Assembly: GCF_964355755.1 (NCBI RefSeq)
Contig: NC_092679.1
Location: forward strand, 5,052,201-5,116,200
From: Antedon mediterranea
Taxonomy: Eukaryota > Animalia > Echinodermata
Length of the DNA: 64,000 nucleotides
Reading direction: 5' to 3'
The position numbers were made by a program, and so were the translations under genes. The stretch's first letter is position 1; each line of letters opens with the position of its first letter. Below are positions 28,501 to 40,600 of the stretch, in pieces. Under the pieces are notes generated by a model, which saw only the letters and a program-made list of their open reading frames with translations, was not told the origin of the DNA and searched no databases.

Positions 28501-30891
28501 TTTTTATAGTATATTTTTTAACCCATTTGTTACAAATTCTTTCTCTTTTATTGCTACTTTCCTTTTCCAAAATCATCAGTGTTAATTTTAATCTGAAGAG
28601 CTGATGCTATTAAATTTTGTTACTTAAAGGTAGCATTTTTTGTATATAGATGATATCGACAGCCTCATAACAAAAGTGTCTAAGTCATAATTTTTTTTTT
28701 CTGCCTAACTCACTGCTTATATCAATATACTATATTTGTTGTGTTTCTGCCTAAGTCAGCTGTGTGACTTAGGCAATTCAGGAGAGCTGACTTATGATCT
28801 GCCTAACTCACTGCTTATATCAATATACTATATTTTTTGTGTGTTTCTGCCTAAGTCCGCTGTGTGACTTAGGCAATTCAGGAGAGCTGACTTATGATCT
28901 GCCTAACTCACTGCTTATATCTTTATACTGCCCTCTGTACATTATCTGAGTGCTTTTATATACATTTGCACATGCTCAGATCGTTTTTTTTGTGTTTCTG
29001 CCTCAGTCAGCTGTGTGACTTAGGCAATTAAGGAGAGGAGACTCATGCTTTTTTAAATAAAATAAGAAATACATTTTTATAGTATATTTTTTAACCCATT
29101 TGTTACAAATTCTTTCCCTTTTATTGCTACTTTCCTTTTCTAAAATCATCAGTGTTAATTTTAATCTGAAGAGCTAATGCTATTAAATTTTGTTACTTAA
29201 AGGTAGCATTTTTTGTATATAGATGATATCGACAGCCTCATAACAAAAGTGTCTAAGTCATAATTTTTTGTTTGTTTTTCTGCCTAACTCACTGCTTATA
29301 TCAATATACTATATTTTTTGTGTTTCTGCCCAAGTCAGCTGTGTGACTTAGGCAATTAAGGAGAGCTGACTTATGATCTGCCAAACTCACTGCTTATGTC
29401 AATATACTATATTTTTTTTTGTGTTTCTGCCTAAGTCAGCTGTGTGACTTAGGCAATTAAGGAGAGTTGACTTATGATCTGCCTAACTCACTGCTTATAT
29501 CAATATACTATATTGTTTGTGTTTCTGCCTAAGTCAGCTGTGTGACTTAGGCAATTAAGGAGAGCTGACTTATGATCTGCCTAACTCACTGCTTATATCT
29601 TTATACTGCCCTCTGTACATTATCTGAGTGCTTTTATATACATTTGCACATGCTTAGATCGTTTTTTTGTGTTTCTGCCTAAGTCAGCTGTGTGACTTAG
29701 GCAATTAAGGAGAGGAGAATCATGATTTTTTAAATAAAATAAGAAATACATTTTTATAGTATATTTTTTAACCCATTTGTTACAAATTCTTTCTCTTTTA
29801 TTGCTACTTTCCTTTTCCAAAATCATCAGTGTTAATTTTAATCTGAAGAGCTGATGCTATTAAATTTTGTTACTTAAAGGTAGCATTTTTTGTATATAGA
29901 TGATATCGACAGTCTCATAACAAAAGTGTCTAAGTCATAATTTTTGTTTTGTTTTTCTGCCTAACTCACTGCTTATATCAATATACTATATTTTTTGTGT
30001 TTCTGCCCAAGTCAGCTGTGTGACTTAGGCAATTAAGGAGAGCTGACTTATGATCTGCCTAACTCACTGCTTATATCTTTATACTGCCCTCTGTACATTA
30101 TCTGAGTGCTTTTATATACATTTGCACATGTTCAGATCGTTTTTTTTTTGTGTTTCTGCCTAAGTCACAACCTAAGTCAGCTGTGTGACTTAGGCAATTA
30201 AGGAGAGGAGACTCATGATTTTTAAATAAAATAAGAAATACATTTTTATAGTATATTTTTTAACCCATTTGTTACAAATTCTTTCTCTTTTATTGCTACT
30301 TTCCTTTTCCAAAATCATCAGTGTTAATTTTAATCTGAAGAGCTGATGCTATTAAATTTTGTTACTTAAAGGTAGCATTTTTTGTATATAGATGATATCG
30401 ACAGCCTCATAACAAAAGTGTCTAAGTCATAATTTTTTTTTTCTGCCTAACTCACTGCTTATTTCAATATACTATATTTTTTGTGTTTCTGCCTAAGTCA
30501 GCTGTGTGACTTAGGCAATTAAGGAGAGCTGACTTATGATCTGCCTAACTCACTGCTTATATCAATATACTATATTTTTTGTGTTTCTGCCTAAGTCAGC
30601 TGTGTGACTTAGGCAATTAAGGAGAGCTGACTTATGATCTGCCTAACTCACTGCTTATATCAATATACTATATTTGTTGTGTTTCTGCCTAAGTCCGCTG
30701 TGTGACTTAGGCAATTCAGGAAAGCTGACTTATGATCTGCCTAACTCACTGCTTATATCTTTATACTGCCCTCTGTACATTATCTGAGTGCTTTTATATA
30801 CATTTGCACATGCTCAGATCGTTTTTTTGTGTTTCTGCCTAAGTCAGCTGCGTGACTTAGGCAATTAAGAAGAGGAGACTCATGATTTTTT
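19589..30891. repeat. 11.3-kb modular satellite; ~98, ~150-165 and ~320-330 bp modules separated by the palindrome TGCCTAAGTCA-GCTGTG-TGACTTAGGCA
   Basis: About 54 occurrences of the palindrome counted by eye; modules highly similar between copies. Confidence 0.95.
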
Positions 30892-31012
30892 AGTCGCGTG
30901 GACGCGACTCTATAGTTCACTATTCCGGTCGGTCGGTCGGTCTGTCGGTCTGTCTGTCGGTCCGGTATCACTATGCATTGTAGCACGCGACTTAATGGCT
31001 GTTGGCCTTGTT
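30886..31012 (+). mobile_element. Short complete HINE/DINE-1-like element
   Basis: subTIR AGTCGCGTG, internal IR, GTCG/GTCT microsatellite, matching subTIR CACGCGACT (30984-30992), terminal small stem-loop GGC-TGTTG-GCC, T-rich insertion site. Confidence 0.72.
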
Positions 31013-31396
31013 CGAATAAAAATCCCTGTACAATTATAGTGCCGGGTTTATTCCGAAAATCAGCCGAATTTCGAATGATTATTTTTTGCCATGCGCAGAA
31101 GTAAACAGTGTGTTCTCTGCGCATGTTACTTCAAATATATTTTGAAAAGGCTATCTTTTGGTCATATTCCGAAAAAATCTAAGATGATGACAACCCAAAA
31201 TAGGCATGTAATATAGCAATATTATCGCATAATATATTTTGGCCATTTTTGGAGGACTGTAATACAAATACTATTATAATACAATTAACTTGATATAATA
31301 CAACATAATTGCACACACATCTTAAATAAATATATTATAGAAAATATCAATTTTATAAATATAACCTAAAAATATTATTTAATAACCAGAAAGTGG

Positions 31397-31645
31397 CTAT
31401 TTTTTATTTGCGAAGTGTACAGTGTGCTTTCCAGCTCCACCACTGCGGCACATAGCTTTTATAGTACGCTGTTTATTCAGGAACTCTTGTAATCGGCTTC
31501 TCTTGCCCGTACCTTTGCCGCCAGTGTCAGCGGCGTCTGAGGCAGCTTGGTGCTGGCGAAGGTGCATTTCTTGTAGGGTAATTGGAACAGTGATCTCTTT
31601 GATTGGTGCTAGGTTTGTGAATGGTAGAGAGGAGTAAACAACAAC
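31397..31645 (-). CDS. WD40/EF-hand gene terminal exon 22
   Basis: CAG|VVVYSSLPFTNLAPIKE..HFANKK*; 82 codons then TAG. Confidence 0.8.
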   Translation of the reverse strand, partial: VVVYSSLPFTNLAPIKEITVPITLQEMHLRQHQAASDAADTGGKGTGKRSRLQEFLNKQRTIKAMCRSGGAGKHTVHFANKK

Positions 31646-34600
31646 CTGTCAATAAATAGATCATAATTACCAACGAGTTTGCAACTCATATCTCGAATCT
31701 GCCAAGTTGGCATTACTTCACTTTTCACTCTTTTATTTCTAGTGAAGATGAAATGTGTCTTTCATATTATGATGCTTTAATCTGTGTCACACAGTGGCAA
31801 CCAACTCACACACGATCTGAACGAAACTTTTCTACATGAAATCGAGAATTGAATTGAAAACTATCACTTTTATCATTTTCATTTGCTCGTATGAACAGTC
31901 AAACATTTTATTTACGGTCGCCGTGGGAATAGTGGCTGTAAATTAGGATTAACATCCAATGTTAGCTGAGCTAATGCACTTTTAAAAAGTATTAAAGTAG
32001 TTAAACAGATGATTGTTGAGCAGCAAACATGCTGGCAACGTGAAATATCCAACTAAATACGCCTAAATTGATCCGAAAACTTATTGAGGGCGCAATATTC
32101 AACTTATTCAATTCAAGTTCACATTTATTTAGCAAAAGCCCCGGCAAAAGCACGGATTTTATAGAAGGAAAAAACCGTATAAACTAAACTCAAAGCGTGA
32201 AACAACAACTCGTCGATACATAAAGCAATTTAAAAGAAACTGAAGGAAAATATATTTAATTTGCGACCGCATCATCAATAAGGTCATCACAAAATAGGAT
32301 AATATATGCAAAACTGTGGGTAGAAAGTAAAGTATTTTTTTGCCTTCACGTACTACCTTTGTCAATTATACTTTGCAATTATAATTAAAAATATTCTTTT
32401 GTATATTCAATTTAACGAATTTTGAAAATACGTATACTGTACTAGACATAGCCTATATCTGCATGCTAGCCAACTTTAGCTTGGCAGGATTTGCTAGTGT
32501 AGATATGGAAGGCAATCACCGCCAAAAATACAATTACAAACATACAAGATATTCGTGGAAATATACAACGTACACGCAGAAACGTACAACGCACTCGCAG
32601 AAACGTACAACGTACTCGCAGAAACATACAACGAACTTGCAGAAACATACAACGTACTTGAAATTGATTAGATCATTAGGAGAAAAAACTCAAAATCATT
32701 CTGGATTAAACTAAAACAAACACATTAACATACATATTAATACATGGCGCACTCACTTCGAATCCTTATTTCATAATAATGAAAATAGAGGTAATCAAAA
32801 TGTAGAAAGTATCATTAATAATGAACCTGCTGTAAATGAAAACAAACTTGACCTAAATAATGACATTACAGTAGATGAGGTAATTCATGCCATTAAATAA
32901 AAAAAAAACAGGTAAATCACCTGGAATCGATGGATTATTACCAAAACTTTGTATAAACTCATCACAAAATGTAATATATATATATATATTATATAGATGC
33001 ACCTTCCTCATGGTTGGTTCCACAAACGTTTAATATCCAAACTTTTTACTGTCCCACTAGTTTTATTTACGTACGTGCACCTTACCTGTTAATGAAGCCA
33101 TAGCGGTAAATTTATTGCGCGGTTAAGACCTCAACAACGGTAGGAAAAATGCAAATGTTTACTTATTTTTATACGGTCGATTTCTGATTCTGAAAGGAAA
33201 CATGGAAGTGGCCCATTTTGCAGAAGTGATAATCCTGCAAATAAGAAAAATGATAAATAAAAAAACCCCGCGTTATCTTTATCTTTGAAATGCTTGATTG
33301 AATATTATAATATTTTCATCCTAAATGTCCACACCCTTTATATAATGGACGATTCCATAGTTATTTTCTGCGCATTCATTTTCGCGACTTCGTTGTACCT
33401 TTTTGTGTTTGTCTGTTTCAGCAAACACGTTGTACGTTTTTGTGTTGTCCTTTTCTTCAAGTACGTTGTATGTTTCTGCGAGTACGTTGTACGTTTCTGC
33501 GAGTGCGTTGTACGTTTCTGCGTGTACGTTGTATATTTCTACGAATATATTGTATGTTTGTAATTGTATTTTTGGCGGTGATTGCCTTCCATATGTAGAC
33601 CAGTTGACAAACTGCAGAAAACTAGTTTCCACAAGTTAGCCTAGGCTGGTAAACTTGTTATTCCTTTTAGTTCGTAACAAAAGGTTTGATTTAATTTTGT
33701 TGGTCCCCACTGTAGAACGCAACGTACGTGAGTGAGTTGGCCAATGACAGTTGCTTTGGATAATCCATCGCTTTACATTGCGTCTTAGGCTTGGTTCCCA
33801 CTAGTGACGCAACGTAACGCAACCTACGCAACGTAAGAAAATGCCTTTCCAATAATTGTGTTTGCCCCCGCCTGCGTGAAATCAAACTGTTACGTCGTCG
33901 GTTACCATCTGCAATACATCACATTCAATACGTCGCTGCGTTGCGTTCTAGTTAGTATGGGCTCCAGACGGAGCTTTGATTTAATATTACTATACTAAAA
34001 ATATAAATATTTTTGCACATAAGCGTTTCATACGTGTATTACTTGAGTTTGGATACTCATTTGTATTTTCAGACCAAAATCGAAATAAAAAAAAAAATTA
34101 AAAAAAAGACAATGAATACAGACTTGGGGCAAGTCTACGTTCTAGTTAGAAGCAAGCTTTACTAATCGCAAACAACGAATCATTTGACCTAACACTTGTG
34201 ATTGGTCAACTTACTTCCATTGCGCGTATATGTGGGAGGAACTAAGCTTCACAGCATGTCATGTGACTTAAATAATAATGATAAGAAATAAAATAATTAC
34301 TTGGTTTTGGTTGTGCTTGATCTCTGGTAGCGTTGGTGGCATTTTATGACGTGTTTTCGGTTTGTATGATTTGCCTAGCACTGCACTAGTGCCGCCTCGC
34401 CAAGCCTTGTCGTCGTCTTCTTCTTCAACGTGTGATGGATCAAACGCGCTATCATATGCTTTATGGTCCGCTTTTTCATTTCGAGAGATTATCATCATAA
34501 TGTTCTTGGTCAACCTGCGGATAAAAGACATTACCTTTGTATAACTTGATTATATTGAGGTAATCTGTTAGAATAATACTAGTTGTATTATCAACTAAAG

Positions 34601-37600
34601 ATTGTCTCAAACTTGGACAAAACGCAACGAGGTAGGCACAATTCGTAAGTGTGTTGACCAATCGCAAGCGACTGTCCGCATGATCCATCGCGTCAAATTA
34701 TGGGTACTACTTGGGTTGGGTCCAAGTGAAAACCGCGCTTAATTTCTCAATGCAAAAGGTTATATTTAAAAGGATCAATATCGGCGAATATAAAGATAGG
34801 GAGAGAGAAAATTGAGTTTAATTAGAACTTCATAAGATGACATAATAATTAGCCATATTACTATCCTTCTTTTTCTCGATCAATATTATTTAAGGAATTA
34901 TTTATTTTAACGATCATTTTTATTACCGATCACATACATTACGTTGATTTCTTTATTGCCTCAATCAGAAGTTTATTAATGTTTAGTGCGCATATCAATC
35001 AATCAATCATCAGAAAGAGGTGGCACCCGCACCCGCAATATTAGTCAATGTTTGACATTTATAGAGCAAGGGAGTTGTGCTGGCATCTTAAAACATCTTT
35101 AAAAAACAAAACTCCACTCTATATATCCATAAAAGTATATATAACGAGTTTGAGGGTTTCAGCTTCAATAAGGACATCACTGTCAAGATAGAAGACGTTA
35201 TCGACTGAATGTTCAATCACAAACGTCTCATATTGATCTACTAAAAACAATTCACTAAGGCAAATAAAAATCCGAGGCTTTATCTGTGGCTGCAACACGA
35301 TCAGTTCCACGCCAATTAAAAGACACAACGCGCCGCGGAGAATATATACATAGTACAGTACTGTATTTGTCGCGGCCAGACATACGATTAAACACCTCAG
35401 AAATAATTGAGAGCATCACTAACCTCCACCTCGATCGAATACCTCCATTCAACACCTTCAAGGTCAAAGCAGACGCCACGCGTTGAACATCACGTGGCAT
35501 TCGACGTGACATGTTCTCCGGATCAACCGGTTCAACTAATTTAGGCCAGCCGCCCTTTTGACCAAAGGTACCTACAGAATAACAAGAAGTGCAATCATTA
35601 TTTCAACAAACCACTGTGTGAACATTTCGATTAAGCTTGGTTCCCACTAGGACGGAACGCAAGTCAATTGACCAAGCGAAAATTCGGGTAATCAATCGTG
35701 TTATGATTGGTCGAATTATTTGTGGCGCGCGGCGCGCTTACGTCGTTGCGCTGGGTCCTAGTGTGGGAACCAACCATTGTGACTTGGTGGTTTAATATAA
35801 AGGCGGTTTTACGTTGTTTAATTTAATATCGAATTTGAAAAGCATGCATTTGCAACGAAACTTCACAAACTATCCTCAGAAATCTCATAGTAGGCTGAAT
35901 GCTATAGATAAGTATGAGGGCGATGTATATCTAAATCTTTGTACCAAATTGAGATACGGCACAATAGAAAAACATTCCATTCGGATTCGTCGTTCGAAGG
36001 TTGCCTGTCGAATATCACGTTGATAAATATTACGTTTAGCGAGTATAAGTAATATAAACGGCATAGAGAACTTCTAACGAACGTTCATTGTTGTTTTATC
36101 ATGCTAATTACTTCCTCATTTACATTCAACCTGTCCTATTGGTATATAAGTACTCTAGGCGTTGTTTTCTGTTTCTGATAATGAGAATAGTTTCTCGAAA
36201 CATTTCAAGACATTTTAAGGCAGTTAGCCTATTTATCAAATGCCTCACAATCATTATTTTAATTCTAATGAACACTGGTACTGGTACTGGTTCAAAACCG
36301 TCTCACAGAGAGACATCTGGTAGCCATTGACTTAAAGTTGGCATTTGGATGTGTTACTTTTAAATGTACAGTATGTTAATAAATATAATACGAATTGCAA
36401 AACTCTCTGGTAAAATTAACAGAATTTTTCTTGATATTATATTGATATTTTTCTTACCTATATATCGTCCACATATCGTCCATAGCCGTACGCTACAGTC
36501 ACTACTACAAGTTATCAGCAATTCTTTATCCTCTGCGTACGAGACGCTTGCTATGCTTGCCAAATGCGCGCGAAATGAGTTTAATTTTGGTGGCCATTTC
36601 AGAGTTTTCTCCGGGTTTGTTGTCGCCGGTGGTGGCCTGAACCCAGACAGGATTTTATCCTCGTATTTTTGAGTTAATGATTTCAAAATGTCGGTTTGCT
36701 TTGTGTACGGAAATCGGCTTCGTCGTTTTGCAGTATCGCGATCGGCCGAGTCTTTGCGTCTATTATCAGATGGGTTTATGCAGTATTCTGTTATGTCCCA
36801 AACCTGTGGATTAACACAACAACTGTAAATACATTTTCACATTCATAGTAATCAATATTATCGACAGGCATATTCGACTGGTCGCTTTACGAGCTTCTCA
36901 AATTGCTCGCAAATATCTAGTCGCAGAGCAAGGAGTCAAAACAGATCAGTCGTAGACTTCTTTCAAAATCAATGTTACATGTAGGCCTACAATTTTCCTG
37001 TGTGTATGTAGAATCTCGTCTGTTTTAACAACTGTGTTTGTAAAAATCCTGAATTAAATATCTTTTATGGTACTTATAGTTTAAGTATATTGTCCATGAA
37101 ATAGTTAACACTGCTGCAAATCTATAGATTAAAATAACTATTAGGCTTTTCTTGTTGTTATTTTCATATGTTTGTTTATATTTTCATCCTGTATTTGGTG
37201 TATAGGCCTACACTGTTGGATGTGAAAGAATAAGATACAAAAATAAATACAAAAGTCGAATAAGTCTTTTGTGATTATTATTTCTATCATGATTACATTT
37301 GACGACAAAAAAATGTATAAGAAAATTTACAAAGAATTTACCTTAATATATCCTAATGTATCGCCTGTTATCAGAAATTCATTTTTGCTGTCTGTAGTCA
37401 TAGCAACAACAGCTTCATTCGGTTTGTGTGCGGCATTAAACTGGCCCAGTAAGCCTCCTTTGTGATGTATCGACCAGGCTCGAACCCAGCCTTCAGCCCC
37501 ACTTGCTATCAACGTAGCGGTGTCTTTGTCATTTGGACGTGTTTGTAAGAACAAAACCTAAACAAAAATTAGGCGTAGATATTACGATATTTATATTAAT

Positions 37601-40600
37601 TTATAGACCAATGAATAAGCTAACAGACCTCGAATAATAGGTCCGAGGAGTCCTATCGTAGTTGACTTGTGCTCAGACGTTATGCTTAGTACGGACTACA
37701 ATGCACAGCTTAACATATGGCCACACCTTTACAACGTATCAATCATTAACTATTTTGATAATGTATTCGAGTTAAAACACACTCTCAGAAGACTACAAAC
37801 TTACACCAGAAAGGCCGCGTGGCCCAACGGATAAGGCGTCCGACTTCGAATCGGAAGATTGTGGGTTCGAGTCCCATCGTGGTCGATATTTTTTTCTCTT
37901 TGTTTTGCATTTAGACAACGTTTATGTCGAGTTTATGAATTTGTATTTCTTTTACCAGGGAAAAAAGGAATAGGCCTCACTAGTTAGTTTATCGATAAAA
38001 ACACTAACCTTATCAACCGAGGCTTCGTGTTTTCTACTGTATTCTCCATAGTTGTCTGCATCAATGAAAAACTCTGACGATTTCCCCGCCATTTTATCCA
38101 AAGCACTGATCTCTTTTGGTGGGTCATTCGAGCTATGTTCGTCTGCAGTGTCTGTCACAAATGTACGGCTGCTGTCAGGCCGCGAGGACGTGTTCTCTGT
38201 GTTGCCATCTTCAGCGACGCTATTTCTACTTTTCTTATTTATTGAGGGAAGAACAGTCGTACCACTTAGTTCTCTAACTTTGCCTACACTCTCTGCGTCG
38301 TCTGCTGTAAATGACCCACGCGTGCTCTTTCTTCCGACGGACTGATCGACCGACTGACCATCATCTGATTTACTATAAGTGTTTCCGCATGGTAATTTTA
38401 AATTTGAGAGTCTGTCAAGTTTGGTTGTGCTGCCCTCAATTTTTGGAAAACTTTGTTTCGATTCATATCTGTCCATAAGGGTTGATGTGGCTGTGTGGCC
38501 GACAGACTGACCTTTAGCACTCTCATTTGCGTTCAGTCTGCAAAGCGCATGCGCTGTTTCCAGTGACCATATCAAAATGTCTCCATCGTAGGATGATGTT
38601 GCTATGATACTAGGATCATAATACGATAACGATAAAATATCTTCTTTATGTTTCGATTCCCATTGCCTGGAATAATCATCCTCATTAGAATCACTAAACA
38701 ACAAGGGAAAAATAATGATGATTAATTTACATTTTAAATATTAAAAATGTATTGTCCCCAAAAAACATAAAAAATGAAGATGATTTAAATCAGACTCTGA
38801 ATATGTTATTTTGTAGTTTTAATAAAGTTAATCACTTCCGTAAAAAAAACAAAAGAAAAATGTTTTAATTTATAAAATAACAAAATAAAAACTTTGACCA
38901 TTTGTTTGCTTTAAAGTACAGTCTTTTCAGGTAAATACATTTTTTTCGATCCAAGTTTTGGTGAAAGTGGATAACTATTAGTATTATGTTACATTAAAAT
39001 TGCATATTTAAAAAAAAATTGTTACGAATTATTTTTATCAGGGGGAGTTTTCGATTTGAGACGACCGACGACCAAACTACATCGTGTTAATTCATTGTGC
39101 GCATGCAGGGATATGCGTTTCCTTTCTCCTCACACCTCGACACAGTGTTTATGGAGTTTAGGTCCAGGAACAATCGATGAAACATTGGTTGGTCGTCGCA
39201 ATTGGAATCGAAAGATCACTATTTTAAGAGCTGGTTATGCCACCGACGCACTGCACAGATACATTATCGTTGTTCCACTACAACGAAACGCATCGACGTT
39301 TTGACGCAAAGTGATGTATTGCGTAATTATATGCGAGAACCGACGACGCAACAATGCTACAAATATCGCAGATTTGATTTCACGCAGGCGAGGGCAAACA
39401 CAATTATCGGAAGGGCATTTTCTTACGTTGCATAGGTTGCTTTGCATCCTAGTGGGAACCACAATTTAAGGCTATTAACAATAGTCTTTGAATTCAATAG
39501 AATTATACAAAAAAAGTACAAATTAAAAATATGATTGTAGTTAAAGCAAATAAAAGCCTGCTCTATTGCCTTAACTTGCTAACAATAACATTTTATCAAT
39601 TGAAACCATAAACTTTGCAATGAATAGAGCCACCAATAAAGTGATAAATAAAATCCCTATTGAATTCATAACAAGGACATCAAAATGCAAGAATGATTAG
39701 ACGGACACGTGATGGCCGTTATCGACTTCCGTACAGTAATGACCACATGACCCCTCTCCTTTGTCTCGTAATTCTCAAAACGTGTGGCGACAGCGTAGTA
39801 AAAATACGCAAATCCCACTAACAATACTTAAGCATTTTAATTGGCCATAAAAGAACGATTGAATAATTGTTAAATAATTCTTAAGACGGTTTAATACTTA
39901 TTTATCCTAGTTTAAGCCAGCAGAGCTTTAGGATATAGTCGCTGCTGCAGTATTCTTCTCAATTTGTTCAGATTGGAGTAAGTCTTTTTTTGTAGGCTTC
40001 AAGACAGGCGCAATCTCTTCGTATATTGTCTAAGTTTTTATGTCACCGATATTTTATCATATCAGCCTTATTTAATTGTCATTTTTTTTTTCTCTTTTAC
40101 CATGCCACCTAGATTGTTTTAGATCTAGTTTAAGTAGCACAGGAGGCGCCTGAGATAACCGAGACAGAGCTGGTGCTGACCGGGCTTCAATTAGACCGAT
40201 CCCTGGTTAGCGACGAAGGCGTAACGCCTTACTTCGGTTTGGTTTTTTTTTTCTTTTGGCATGGTTAGAATCCCTTTTATTGTATTAGTTTATGTACAGC
40301 GCTTAGAGGTTTCACAACATTAGGCGCTATATAAATCAAGGATATTAATATTATTATTACTTACATATAAGTGGTAACACGTCTATTCCATCCTGCTGTT
40401 ACGATTCTCTGCCGTGGTACAACAATACCTGTAATCTAAAATAAGAGGGGAAAGTCCAAATAACTATATAAATGAGATGAAAATAGTCAAAATAGCAATA
40501 TAAAAACGAACAAAAATATATTCATTTCATAATGACATTTCATAACAATTATAATTTATAGGCAACATCTTGAGTCAAAGATGCTCTCCAGGTAGAATGC

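Noticed and set aside
19589-30891. CRISPR- or integron-like array, and the repeated 63-73 aa ORFs (MILEKESSNKRERICNKW..)
   Set aside because: The segments between palindromes are three recurring modules, not unique spacers or genes. The ORFs start at non-ATG codons, vary by homopolymer frameshifts and simply mirror the repeat.
32463-33639. Several 60-103 aa ORFs on both strands
   Set aside because: They arise from the 21-bp repeats in the TIRs.
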